In this document: one piece after another, positions 38,793 to 51,843 of the stretch | How positions within the stretch are numbered: the stretch's first letter is position 1 | Layout: each line of letters begins with the position of its first letter | NCBI RefSeq assembly: GCF_001194135.2 | Contig: NC_068981.1 | Coordinates: 82,572,443-82,636,442, forward strand | DNA: 64,000 bases | Source of the DNA: Octopus bimaculoides | Lineage: Eukaryota | Direction: 5' to 3' | Notes under the pieces: model-generated | What the model was told of the DNA's origin: nothing | The model's database searches: none | Seen by the model: only the letters and a program-made list of their open reading frames with translations | Position numbers and translations under genes: made by a program

Positions 38793-39429
38793 AAACAGAA
38801 AATATCTTCTTCATTCAGCGAAAGGAAGGGATCTCTTAACATATGTAATGACATATGTGCATCTTTGTTTGAGAGTACATAAATACTTACGAAAGTTTAT
38901 AGTGTATGTGTTTATGCACGGAAAATGTTAGTAGATATAATAAATATATACAAAATGAACCACAGGCAATTCCTGAATAGGTGACAAAGGGTGGAAAGAT
39001 TCATGATTAAAATTGATTTTGAACTCAGATTTGATTGACCAATGTGCTCTTGAAAATATTGAAGGTGGCTGTGTAGTAGAGCGCGCAGAAACCTGATGCG
39101 ATGAACTGCAGAGATGTTCCTTTTAAAACTGGCATCAATGGATCATTTGAAAACAATAAAAGCATTCAATTAAGTCTACATTCGGCAACTGATGTCTACG
39201 CCAGGATGCAGGAGAGATTCCAGTGTTGCAAAATGAGGTGGTGACAGACGCACTCATGAATGAAGAAAAGTCGGGGCTGTTTTATTTCTCTATCTGGTGG
39301 TGTTTGTCAACATGCAGAACAGCGGCGTTCTTATTTAGTCATTTCAGATGTTTAGGATGCGGTTCGAGCCAGATCTGATGGCAGGGTTACGTGCGTAGAA
39401 GGCCAGGCACTTTCACGAAGAAATCATTT

Positions 39430-39660
39430 GTGAGAACGTTATACGTGAAAGGCTGAGCAAAGATGATGATCGTTGATGGGTATTCGTATTACCGCATGAC
39501 CACCGTAACTTGTATCTGCTTTAATCAGGTAGGAGTGTTTACGTTTCTGTTTCATGTGGAAGAGTCGAGTTCTCCTTGCAAAAAGCGTCGTCTGCTTTCA
39601 ACAACCTATTTACAGAGGTCTCGAGTACCTTGGCAGAGAGAAGATTCGACCATCATTTCT
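39430..39660 (+). pseudogene. Possible highly decayed LINE RT fragment
   Basis: Scattered motif-like peptides in order across frames: AKMMIV, NQVGVFTFL (cf. EQVxxFxYLG), LQKASSAFNNL (cf. RIxKAxxAFxxL). Confidence 0.3.
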
Positions 39661-40768
39661 GAAGCTCGTATTCTCATCCTACGATGTTTTTGTGTCGTTT
39701 GTGTTCTGAGAGAAGTATAGACAAAGATTAGGCCTCTGATATCTGGAATATCCTCTGGTAATCGGAGCAATGCGATTAATTGAATTCATACTCTCGAAAT
39801 ATTTAGAATCATATAATGACAGGTTTCAGTGCCAAAGGATCTCGGGGTGTTACTGAAATTTTGAATAAAACCATCTGATACATTCCTGTGAACTTTCGAC
39901 TCATGGACTATACACAAGTTGCCAAAATACTTAGTTTCCAGTAATGCCAACGCTGAAATTAGCGAAATTTTGCTGAGAAATTGTTGATACATCGATTACT
40001 GAAGCACATTTGAAGTTTGAGTTGGAAAAAAGCAATAGAAAATAATTTACTGCGTACTCACATCAAAATCAAGTAATTACAGAAGGCAATTCAAATCAAC
40101 AGTACCAAAGTTCTAAAATATTCCATGGCACAGCTGGGGTGTCATTTAGTAAGAGATCGAAATAACAGTTATTATATAGATCTATGAACAATTTGATACA
40201 AATATCGAATGCACTTGAATCTACTGTTAATGGTAAATTATTCACCAGTCTTCCAGCTATGAAATAAAATTGGATGCATGAAGAGTGAAGCAAATAATAA
40301 AGCTTAATTTTCTTGGCACTTAAAGATCTTTCTCTAAGGCAATTTTAGATAAACGTATTTGCATGCGGATATATGCACACATATATACATATATACTTCT
40401 ACAAACGCACTCATACAAATATGCAGACGCACATACGTATATGTAATGTATAATCAATGTTGCTTTTCATATTTCCGGCTTAAGTAAATAAATCACTAAT
40501 CAAATGATAAATTCGATTTAAGCGACTAAAACCACCCGCAAATATGTAGCCTTGTGCCTGTTAGAAATCAGATCTATTACTGGTTTCTGTTATTGGGTAT
40601 CGTCTCCAATAATACGGCGAATATATATGTGTAATATCTATGCCTCACAGGTTTCTATTTTTCCAGATTTCGAAAAGATACCACGAATGTCGATATGTAC
40701 ACACACGCGCGCTCGACCTGTCTCTCCCTCCCTCCCTCTCAGTTTCATACATACATACGTACATATAT

Positions 40769-40821
<53 letters not shown>

Positions 40822-42382
40822 TGCATGGTAACTTGTGCTTCTCAATCACGTTTGTTCATGTTCAGTCCCAATGCTCATCACCTTAATCAGGAGTTAGTTC
40901 TATAGCCACTGACCGATTAATGCCAAGTGAAAAAGTGATAGACTTTGACAGCGGAAAAAGCCGGTCCTGTATTCATACATACATGCATACATGTCTGTGC
41001 ATATACATATATATATGCATGTATGTAGTATGTCCATTGTTTTTTTTTTCTTGTCTATATACACTTCAGTTCGTCAGCTGTTTCAGCATTGCTGTCTAGT
41101 AACAGTGTCTTGCTCAATATTTCGGAATGGCGCACAGAATATGTAGTCCCATGACGTCATCTCCTTCATTCTTTGAGAGTCAGTAACAATTATCATTCAG
41201 TATTAATTGTTTGTTAATTAATTTGAAAACAAATCCAAGTCAAATGTAAAGTTTTCGCGTAAGTTATTCTTTAGACTGCTCCTTATGTTGACGTCATTGA
41301 ATTGTTTTTCTTACTTTATTTTATTGTTTTAATTATGCAAATTACGCTGACGCAAACAATTTCGTAACTTTTTTTTCTGCGTGCAAACACAAACGCCAAT
41401 TAATTAATGCAATCTTTGTAAGATTATTCTGTATTGATGAGGTCTAGTAAGATGGGAACATGCTCATAAACTATCCTTTTGCATGCAAACAAGGATTAGA
41501 TTCTTCCTTATGAATGTATATGAATATAGATTATTTGGATTTTCTATCTGGTTTCCAAAATTCTTGATGTGGACTCATATGTTGAAACATAATTTGTTGT
41601 ATCTCTGAAGAGCCATTTTGCAAGCAATTGACAAACGCGCTGGTTCTATTTTACTCCTTTATTATTCCTCAATCGGCTATCTACTTAACCAATTAACCAA
41701 TCGATTATTTGATGAATATTTCGGTTAATCAATGAATCTGCTATGTTTTTCAAAGTCCCTTTGCCGCCATTTGCGCTCTCTTCGATGAATATGCCCGCTC
41801 TACTGCGAAATGAATTATAAAGAATTCTTGGAATGATTACAATTTTTAACCTGAGTTTTGAATATAGGAGGGACATTTTAAAATTGACTAGGAATTTTTG
41901 GCTACGTCAGCCACTACGTCAGGTTATAATGTTTTTATCTAAATTTATGTCACTGGCCCACGTGAGTTACTTAAGTTGGCTTATGATTTAACTATCTTCT
42001 AATCTGAAAATCTTTGAAAATCTCTGCATGACGTATTTTTAGAAGGGATTTATTATTTTTTCTTTCTTTACTTTAGAAAAATGTTATCAATGTAAATTAT
42101 GTGACTTGATCTCTGTCAAATTCCAAATTATATTTTGAATTCCGAAATTCTTTTCTCAGAAAATAATGTCAACTTATACCAAAGATTTTGCTTTTAATGC
42201 AATAAATTACGTTTTGAAATTCAAGGAACATATGTAGGATGTTTTAAATAGTTTTTTTCTAGGGAAAACATTTAACTTCGCCGATTAACATATTTTGATT
42301 TCTTTGTTCTCATGCCATCTAATTCTGTCGTCATTCCTGGTTTCCACTCCCACTTCACCGCGCACGCACGCACACGTACGCG

Positions 42383-42447
<65 letters not shown>

Positions 42448-42654
42448 ACACGTCTGAGAACGAATGAAGGAAGCAAGAGAATTATATAGTAAGGCTTATA
42501 TTTCGACATATGCATAGTTGTACACAAGGACAAAGAGTGCACATTTTACATATCTCGCCAAAACAAATAACATATTCAATTTATTTCTTTTATATTTTAT
42601 GGTCGATGTTAGCCTTCATCGGATGGCAGGACAAATCGATATATTGCTTCTAGC

Positions 42655-42805
42655 ATAGAGGCAAGGCCTGAATTTCGTTAGAAGTGAACAAACGATTATA
42701 TCGAACCACGTACATGACTGGTGCATCTTTATCAAACCAGAGCGGCACAAGTCAGAGCTGTCGGCGGCGTTTCATGCTCTAACGATTTTATCAAACAACT
42801 GCCCT
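42655..42805 (-). mobile_element. SINE family B, old deleted copy
   Basis: cgattatatcgaaccacgtacatgactggtgcatctttatc...ctctaacgattttatcaaacaactgccc aligns loosely with the reverse of the 62.5 kb copy. Confidence 0.6.
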
Positions 42806-42854
42806 CATGAAACCATATATTAATACCGGAAAATTAACTGAGATTCAATATTCA

Positions 42855-43168
42855 GGGCGCATTTCAAATCTTAGCTTTAAGAGTATTGCGAAAGGTCTTG
42901 TTGGAGGAATGTTGTCGTTTTCTAATCTTTTCACCACGTAGAATCATTGAGATCTTCTCGGATGCGTAGTACAGGTGATTGAGATCTGTAATATCAACAT
43001 CATTAGCTGAAATTATATCCTTAAGTGCAAGGCAGATTTTACCAATTACTTTCAGGTTTTGGCTAGAATTACGAATTTTTGGGAGAGTGTTACGTTCATT
43101 CATACTGGTTTCTTTAATTTTCAGCATTGATTTTTTTTTAGATCATCAAGTTCAGTTGGGTCAATTTC
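42855..43168 (-). mobile_element. R4/Dong-like non-LTR element, inverted N-terminal ORF segment
   Basis: EIDPTELDDLKK/MLKIKETSMNERNTLPKIRN..DITDLNHLYYASEK..KIRKR..LKAKI resembles the pre-RT region of R4-clade ORFs (ERxxLPK, LNxLxYA). Confidence 0.7.
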
Positions 43169-43583
43169 TGCTCAGATACCAGGAAATCCAAAAATGGAAG
43201 AAATTCAAAAAATAGTGCGCATGGGAACTGCCCATATCCTACGTAAAATATTGTCTATATAATCCCCAAAATATTTTAATCTGTAAACAGTGTCAAAATA
43301 CTTTTAAATGTACATAACAGCAAGCACTCTTTACTGTCATCTTAACATCAGATTACTTTTAAAACAAACTTCCAATTTACTTAATTTTTGACAGACATTC
43401 TCTAGAACAAATACTTTGTGCAAGACCAAATATATGGCACCCTAGTCATAACACCAACTTCAACTTCTAACTAGTTGTCTCTTGAAGTCTCTGGGTGAGA
43501 CTTGAAGTCAACTTGTACAAATACAAAGTAAAAGCCAAACATATAATAATAATAATAATAATAATAATATTAATAATAATAAT

Positions 43584-43621
<38 letters not shown>

Positions 43622-43633
43622 TAATAATAATAA
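43169..43633 (+). mobile_element. R4/Dong-like element 3' end: RLE C-terminus, 3' UTR and (AAT)n tail
   Basis: QIPGNPKMEEIQKIVRMGTAHILRKILSI* (R4-type QKxxxxGTAxILRK terminus), about 280 nt UTR, (AAT)n at 43543-43633. Confidence 0.85.
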
Positions 43634-43830
43634 ATAAAAAAGAATATTCAGACAAATACATAACAAAAACACCAGGACTTACAAATATATATAACACAGA
43701 AAATTGCACTACTGGGCACTGCAAACATCCTACGCAAAACACTTTCAATACAGCAAACCACAACACATACCCAAGGCACACAGAGCTGCGCTCGGTAGTG
43801 AAGTGAAAGCACGTTATAAAAATAAAACTA

Positions 43831-43905
<75 letters not shown>
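43634..43905 (+). mobile_element. Second, different R4/Dong-like 3' end with its own (AAT)n tail
   Basis: YSDKYITKTPGLTNIYN/QKIALLGTANILRKTLSIQ, short UTR unrelated to the first, (AAT)n at 43835-43905. Confidence 0.85.
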
Positions 43906-43907
<2 letters not shown>

Positions 43908-44377
43908 ATACTAATACGAACAGTAGCAACAATATACTGGCTGTTTTAATGCATATTATCTTCTCCCTACACTCAAAAGTCCATCGCCGCTTCCTGTCTG
44001 TCAGTCTGGTTATCTTTCCTTCATTTCTTGTATGTTACTCTTTCACTCTTTTGTTTCTCTCATTTTCCCTCAAACATTCTCTACTCTTGATCTTAATTTA
44101 CAATTAGCTTTAATTAACCTTTGCAGTTAATTTCTCATTTCACTCATTTCGAAATAAATCTCCTGAGATAAAACAGAAGACAATGGAAAGTGTTTATTTA
44201 TTAAAAAGCTTTAAGCAGAAATTCGATGTTACGGTTGCTGACGCATTCTCAGTCAGGAACGTAACTAAACTGATTTCACTTAGATTAATTGCATTCTAAA
44301 ATGACAGGTATTTAATAATTAATAGCTCTTCGATTTTCTTCTTTTCATTATTCTATCTATCTATCTATCTATCTATC

Positions 44378-44412
<35 letters not shown>

Positions 44413-44435
44413 GGAGAACCACTTTTCTTTCCCTC

Positions 44436-44466
<31 letters not shown>

Positions 44467-44688
44467 GCCCTCTCTCTCTCTATATATATATATACATTCA
44501 TGCACACATACATACACGCAAATATACTCTATCTATGAAACTATCACTCTAAATTCGTCTCACTCTCTTTGTCACACATACGCTCTTTGTTTCTCCTCGT
44601 ATATATATATTTATATATATATAAGCATATTTCTGTCAGTCTGTTTGTGTGTGTCATCTGGCTGTCTCTCTTTCTGTACACACACGCG

Positions 44689-44771
<83 letters not shown>

Positions 44772-45285
44772 ACGCGGATGTGTCTTTGTGTTCGTGCTTG
44801 TAAAAACTTTACATTTCCNNNNNNNNNNNNNNNNNNNNNNNNNNNNNNNNNNNNNNNNNNNNNNNNNNNNNNNNNNNNNNNNNNNNNNNNNNNNNNNNNN
44901 NNNNNNNNNNNNNNNNNNNNNNNNNNNNNNNNNNNNNNNNNNNNNNNNNNNNNNNNNNNNNNNNNNNNNNNNNNNNNNNNNNNNNNNNNNNNNNNNNNNN
45001 NNNNNNNNNNNNNNNNNNNNNNNNNNNNNNNNNNNNNNNNNNNNNNNNNNNNNNNNNNNNNNNNNNNNNNNNNNNNNNNNNNNNNNNNNNNNNNNNNNNN
45101 NNNNNNNNNNNNNNNNNNNNNNNNNNNNNNNNNNNNNNNNNNNNNNNNNNNNNNNNNNNNNNNNNNNNNNNNNNNNNNNNNNNNNNNNNNNNNNNNNNNN
45201 NNNNNNNNNNNNNNNNNNNNNNNNNNNNNNNNNNNNNNNNNNNNNNNNNNNNNNNNNNNNNNNNNNNNNNNNNNNNNNNNNNNNN

Positions 45286-45354
<69 letters not shown>

Positions 45355-45439
45355 CACGTTTTTGAGTGCGAGTCTATATATTAAAACTTTCCATCACATC
45401 CTCAGTTGGCGCAAGCGTAGTTGTTTGTCATATCCGTCC

Positions 45440-45810
45440 AGTAAAATTTGATTATTCCCATTTTAGTTGATGCTGGTAAGATGTTAACTACTCAAATTAA
45501 ACCTTTAATCTGAACTCGATATAGTAAAATCTTATTTTCCTTTTTGGGGTTCATGGTGTCTCTCTAGTGCAGTTTCAACCAGCTTGCGTGGTATCGAGCT
45601 GTAGGCGTCAGTTAGATCCATCCACATCTCAGCCAAGTACCCGCTTCCTTTCCGCGTGTCTCTGATGGTCTGGGTAACCACATCTATGTGTTGAGGGCCA
45701 CCAGAGGATCCTGATATGCTTTCCTTCTGTATTGACGTGCCAGTATAATTATTGTTCACCTGAAAATCTGAGAGTCTCTTCGACACAATGCTGAGAATTT
45801 TCTTACTACG
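45440..45810 (-). mobile_element. R2-group (HERO/NeSL-like) non-LTR RT fragment
   Basis: KILSIVSKRLSDFQVNNNYTGTSIQKESISGSSGGPQHIDVVTQTIRDTRKGSGYLAEMWMDLTDAYSSIPRKLVETALERHH matches the TSxQKG..GCxEH..WLDLxNAYGSIPH pattern in decayed form. Confidence 0.8.
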
Positions 45811-46721
45811 TTAAAGGAAACTGAAGGCTTGGTAGATTGAGCGACTACGCAAATACGCCATGCCCTGAAAGAACAGAAACAGATAGCATCCAGTCGGGCT
45901 CTCTCACAGTTACGCATATTTGCCAACTCATCTGATGAAAATCAGAAACCACATACTCCCTAAAAGAATGTAGAGTGACTTTGTTGTCACTACAGCCCAT
46001 TGGCCAGATTTTGCATCTTAGCTAGAACAAAATGATTTTCATATTTTGCGATAAGGTCTCTTTTCATCGCCAGTACTTCTGATGCGATATTGATTTGCCT
46101 CTATAATCTAGATATGTTGATTCCAGTGTCATAATTCGTGCCAGTCCTTTACTAAAACTAAACGATTCCAACCCCTTCTTGTTGATAGTCCGTAAAACAA
46201 ACTCTCTTATTTGTTCAATATAATTTTTATGCGCCGAAAATGGCGTGTGCAGCTACCAATGGCGAACTTCCTGTCTAGAAGCCCTATCAAAATTGATCAC
46301 AAATCACAAAAATATCACCATGCAATCATGCACCTGGACTTAATGACTTTATGAAGCAATTCTTTTCTTATCATACCAAGAATGGATGACCAACTTCAAT
46401 TTGACAAAGTACATAAAGGAAAATTCTAAAATAGATTCAATACTTGGTACTGAGTTGAAAATCTTTGAGAAATTATATGAAACATTACTAATCCTGTCCT
46501 GCTTATCTGCTACCCCTACATAATCACAATGTATATCTAAGAAAAATTCCAGGTCTACATTTATGAGCCATATTTAGTTAAGTATGTTTCTGTAAGCCAG
46601 AGAATCTCTCTTCGTTAATTCTGCATCGTGAGCTAACGGCTTCTAGCGATAAAAACTAACTACCAATTAGTCTAAGTTTACTAATCAACCCTTCGTCCTT
46701 TCTCAAATGCAGTAGTAAATA

Positions 46722-47060
46722 TTGTGCTGAGTCAAAAGTTTTGCAATATTCTAGTAACTTATTTGCTTTATTCATCAAGTTCCAAGAGCAACCTACCATT
46801 CAAAGGAGAGGCCATTGTGTCGCACTCTCTAAAGCCTTCACTGAAATCTCTAAATAAGAGGAGGTGGAAGCTCCAGTTAAGGAGTTCCGCACTTCAAAGG
46901 ACATGAACTGGTATCAGCGTGAGATCAAAGACCTAGTAGAAAGTTGGCTTCAGACGGGGCAAAACGATGGTCTCTAGTTCGAATGTGAGGCTGCTCTTGT
47001 AATTAATCGAACAAAACAAATTAGTAACCATAATGTTGCAAAACGTTTCACTCAACACGA
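46722..47060 (+). mobile_element. Internally deleted mariner (339 bp) with both TIRs and TA target duplication
   Basis: TA|ttgtgctgagtcaaaagttttgcaatatt ... aatgttgcaaaacgtttcactcaacacga|TA; retains the C-terminus EEVEAPVKEF..SKDMNWYQREIKDLVESWLQ..QNDGL*FE. Confidence 0.88.
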
Positions 47061-47169
47061 TATATACTCTACTCTATATACAAAATGTATTAAGGGATTT
47101 TTAGGTTCGTTTGTATGCATCAAAAATATAACTATGTTTATGTATATATAGTCAAATCGAATGAACGAA

Positions 47170-47300
47170 CATTAAAGATAACAATAACAAACAATAGGAT
47201 AACGTGCAGATGGAAAGCATTGGTTTGATGCTCGGTAAACTGAAAGAGGCTTTGACGTTTCGAGCGTAGTTCTTCGTTGGAAAGGAAAAATGAAAAGGGA
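47170..47300 (-). mobile_element. Penelope-type pLTR-like fragment, same family as 25900-26030
   Basis: Shares the hammerhead-like motif and the downstream tttca..gagc(a/g)tcaaa..aat block with the 25.9 kb copy. Confidence 0.55.
47250..47284 (-). ncRNA. Degenerate minimal hammerhead-like motif, family 2
   Basis: CUUU-CCAACGA-A-GAAC(UAC)GCUC-GAAAC-GUC^AAAG: 4-bp stem I, GUC triplet, core and stem II mutated. Confidence 0.5.
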
Positions 47301-47354
47301 AACATCCAAAGAAGGATAAACACACACACACACACACACACACANNNNNNNNNN

Positions 47355-47410
<56 letters not shown>

Positions 47411-47411
<1 letters not shown>

Positions 47412-47452
47412 CTTTTATCATTTACTTGTTTCAGCCATTAGACTGAGGCCAT
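47411..47452 (-). mobile_element. SINE family A 3' tail only
   Basis: tcttttatcatttacttgtttcagccattagactgaggccat. Confidence 0.7.
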
Positions 47453-47527
47453 AGTTATGAATACATTATATATAGAAATGTACATATATATACGTATTTA
47501 TAATATGTATGTGTGTATATATGTGTG

Positions 47528-47570
<43 letters not shown>

Positions 47571-48965
47571 AACACACGTATAAACATATATGTGGGGGGG
47601 GGCTGTCTTTGTGTATTTATAAAGTGTGTGTCCGTGTATGCCATCATATTTGTTACACAATGGACATCCCTATTGCCGATAATAACGAAAATTAAACGTA
47701 TGGGCTTAGGTTGTGATTTAGGTTGTGAACCTAGAAAACTATAAGAGCATATGAAACATGATTATTGTAAATTTCTCTCTTTAGTTAACGTGTATTTCTC
47801 TTTTCCTCTATAAATGCGTATATCTTTGGAGCAAAGATCATTCATGTGCGAGAATATATACGTATTCATTGTATGTGTTTATGTGTAATATATCAGATTA
47901 TCGTTAGATAAGATATGCCAGAGTTAATAAGTATTTTTTAAAAGGAAAAAAAAAAATCTATTAAATAACGCCAATGCAAATGATTTGCTCGTTTGCCGAC
48001 CATTTCATATGCGTGTGAGTTTTCTTAAGGGACAGAATAATAGATGAATAAAAAGACGTCGTGCCTGATCACATTCGCGATACTTCAGATAAGACGGTTA
48101 CGTTCTTTCAATAACAGCCGCAAGATGGCGTGCATCGTTGCATGACCTGAGTTAGTGATCCAGCGAAACCTGCCATTTAGATGGAATCAAAAGGATAAAA
48201 GAAACCAATGAATAGTAATGGAGAGGTAAGGGACATCTATAAGCACATGTAAATGATGACTGTAATACCATGAAATCAATTGGTTGAGTATACGCAGTCG
48301 TGTTGCTTCTCAATTTACACATACTCAAATACACGCACAGACACATACACACACAGACACAGACACAAACGCACACATATATATGCGTGTGTGTATATAT
48401 ATGCATATATATACATGTATGTATATGTATGTATATATATATGTATATATATGTCTATATGTATATATATATANNNNNNNNNNNNNNNNNNNNNNNNNNN
48501 NNNNNNNNNNNNNNNNNNNNNNNNNNNNNNNNNNNNNNNNNNNNNNNNNNNNNNNNNNNNNNNNNNNNNNNNNNNNNNNNNNNNNNNNNNNNNNNNNNNN
48601 NNNNNNNNNNNNNNNNNNNNNNNNNNNNNNNNNNNNNNNNNNNNNNNNNNNNNNNNNNNNNNNNNNNNNNNNNNNNNNNNNNNNNNNNNNNNNNNNNNNN
48701 NNNNNNNNNNNNNNNNNNNNNNNNNNNNNNNNNNNNNNNNNNNNNNNNNNNNNNNNNNNNNNNNNNNNNNNNNNNNNNNNNNNNNNNNNNNNNNNNNNNN
48801 NNNNNNNNNNNNNNNNNNNNNNNNNNNNNNNNNNNNNNNNNNNNNNNNNNNNNNNNNNNNNNNNNNNNNNNNNNNNNNNNNNNNNNNNNNNNNNNNNNNN
48901 NNNNNNNNNNNNNNNNNNNNNNNNNNNNNNNNNNNNNNNNNNNNNNNNNNNNNNNNNNNNNNNNN

Positions 48966-49000
<35 letters not shown>

Positions 49001-50284
49001 TACATGCATACATATACATGTGTGTGTGTATTACAACATGACAGCTACATGAAATGTTCAGGAATTGATAGCTACCGGAGTAGTTATCGATTTTATCATG
49101 TTTCTGCATGCGAGCGTGCGTTTGTCCATTTGTGAATTTGCGTGTATGTGTGCGTTACTGTGTGTGAGAGAGCGTTTTCTCTATGTCCTTACGTTTGTAA
49201 TCCTGTATATAGATGCATGTATCTACATAAACATCGATTTTCGTACACACACACTTACACACACACAAACATATGTATGTATGCGTATGTGTGTGTGTGT
49301 GTGTGTGTGTATGCACGCACACACGTATACATAAATTCATATTTGTTGATCTACTGATATGTGGTTACGCCAGCTCGTTCGTATATATGTAATGCCTGCA
49401 TATTTCCGTTTTCAATGAATAGAGAACGTTCCTTATATTCTATGTTGAAATGAAATACTAATCTGGCGAAAACCTTGTATTTCTTGTATTCAAAGGATTC
49501 AGCGAAAAATCATTATGTAGTCGTAATATCTTAGTTACTTATATCATGAGTTTATTGCTTTCTGAGAATCCAGTAAGAAACTTTGATGTATATGCTATCA
49601 TTTTTATATATATATATATTTATGAGATTTTTATTTTTATTTTCTCTCGGAAAATGACGTTTATAATGGAACTTGGTATTGGTGTTCAATAAAACTATTT
49701 ATTTGATAATGCTGAATCTTGGTGCATTATCACAGATTTCATTGTTACGTGTTGGATTTTTACCGCTTTCTTCCGAATTTAAATGTTATTTTCTCTGAGA
49801 TATTCTATTGAATACAGAACGTTGTCAATTGTAGAAATTGTTCGTTTGCTAAAATAACTGTTATCCAACATTTGAAATCTAGGCATGCTTCAAAGTATAT
49901 AGCAATGTTTTACAGCAGTCATTTGACTAAAGAATTGCTGTAAACGTTCATGATAAATGTTGCTGTGATTCATGTAGCTGTTTTATGAATACATTTCTGA
50001 TACAGTTTTTGATCTCTTCTTTTGTAAAGTATAATGCATTTTCGATTGATCTGTAGCAATTCCATCATTTCTTTTGTGTTCGACTGCATGAATTTGTTAA
50101 AAGTTTGTTTCATTTGTTCATTATTGCACATTCATACAATTCTCATAATAGAGTATGCCATGTGAGTTTCCTAATTTGTGAAGTTTTCTCTCCAAATATT
50201 TGATAGTTCTTCCTTTAAAAGGTCTCTATTTCCTTTTGTCCTACGCATACTTTTTCTTTCATGTGTGCATGAATATATGCATAT

Positions 50285-50365
<81 letters not shown>

Positions 50366-50743
50366 CTTGTGACTTTTGAGCCTATTGTTGTTGGTGGTCG
50401 TCGTGGTGATGATACTAATGATGATGCTGATGATAATGATGAATGACAACGAAAATTGTTTGTTTTAAGATGTTGATGTTTTTGTTTTCATTGTTTTGCC
50501 CAAGTCGACTGTGACTGAGGAAGGCTAGATTATAATGTTAGTCCAGCGAGTGAGCCGACATGAGTGACGGGTCTATTTCTCTGGCTACTCCAGCCATCCG
50601 CCATGCTTTGGAAATATATATATATCGTGATTTAAAGAATAGAATGCGCAGCGACAGTTCACTTGTTATTACTTATTCCCAACAAACTAGTCTGTTTTCA
50701 AATGAAAGCTGTTTGCCTACAGCCATGATTAAGAAACAAAGGC

Positions 50744-51075
50744 CTTGCTTCAGTCACTTGACTTCGGCCATGCTAGAGCACCATCTTAAAGGGTCTTAGT
50801 CGAAATAATCTACCCCCATCACTTTGTAAGCCTAGAATTTATTCTATCGTATCTTATGTCGAACCGGTAAGTTACGGGACGTAACCATATATATATATAT
50901 ATATATATACCACAGGCTTCTTTCAGTTTCTGTCTATCAAAGTATCAGATCCACTCACAAGGCTTTGGGCGGCCCGAGGCTATAAAAAAAGACGCTTGTC
51001 AAAGGTAACACGCAGTGGGACTGAATCTAGAACTTTGAGGTGCCAGCTTCATTCCACACACCCACGCCTGCGCCT
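50744..51075 (-). mobile_element. SINE family A, near full length
   Basis: Tail cagtcacttgacttcggccatgctagagcacc through head end cccacgcctgcgcct; internal (TA)n. Confidence 0.85.
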
Positions 51076-51098
51076 ACACACACACATATATATGTATA

Positions 51099-51218
51099 TC
51101 CGTCTACGAAATCTACTGACAAGGTCCGAGACTACAGAAGAAGACACTAGCCCAAGGTGCCATGCAGCGGGAGCGAACCCGGAACAATGAGGTTGGTATG
51201 CAAGCTACTTACCACACA
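51099..51218 (-). mobile_element. SINE family A, second 5' half in tandem, running into a gap
   Basis: ccgtctac..gacactagcccaaggtgccatgcagcgggagcgaacccggaacaatgaggttggtatgcaagctacttaccacac. Confidence 0.85.
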
Positions 51219-51721
51219 ANNNNNNNNNNNNNNNNNNNNNNNNNNNNNNNNNNNNNNNNNNNNNNNNNNNNNNNNNNNNNNNNNNNNNNNNNNNNNNNNN
51301 NNNNNNNNNNNNNNNNNNNNNNNNNNNNNNNNNNNNNNNNNNNNNNNNNNNNNNNNNNNNNNNNNNNNNNNNNNNNNNNNNNNNNNNNNNNNNNNNNNNN
51401 NNNNNNNNNNNNNNNNNNNNNNNNNNNNNNNNNNNNNNNNNNNNNNNNNNNNNNNNNNNNNNNNNNNNNNNNNNNNNNNNNNNNNNNNNNNNNNNNNNNN
51501 NNNNNNNNNNNNNNNNNNNNNNNNNNNNNNNNNNNNNNNNNNNNNNNNNNNNNNNNNNNNNNNNNNNNNNNNNNNNNNNNNNNNNNNNNNNNNNNNNNNN
51601 NNNNNNNNNNNNNNNNNNNNNTATATATATATATATATATTATGATCGTATTACCCAGTGTGTTTTAAGACTAATGTGTGATTTGAAGTTTTTTTTTTCT
51701 ATTTCTAGAAGATATATCGAC

Positions 51722-51843
51722 ACTTAAAGGGATGGAAGGGAAAGTCGACCTCGACGGAGTTTGAACTCGCAACGTAAAGACGGACAAAATGCCACTAAGT
51801 ATTTTTCCCGGTCTGCATATGATCCTGCCAGGCTGCCGCCTTT
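51722..51843 (-). mobile_element. SINE family B, 5' part
   Basis: ggatggaagggaaagtcgacctcgacggagtttgaactcgcaacgtaaagacggac...cctgccaggctgccgcc. Confidence 0.85.
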
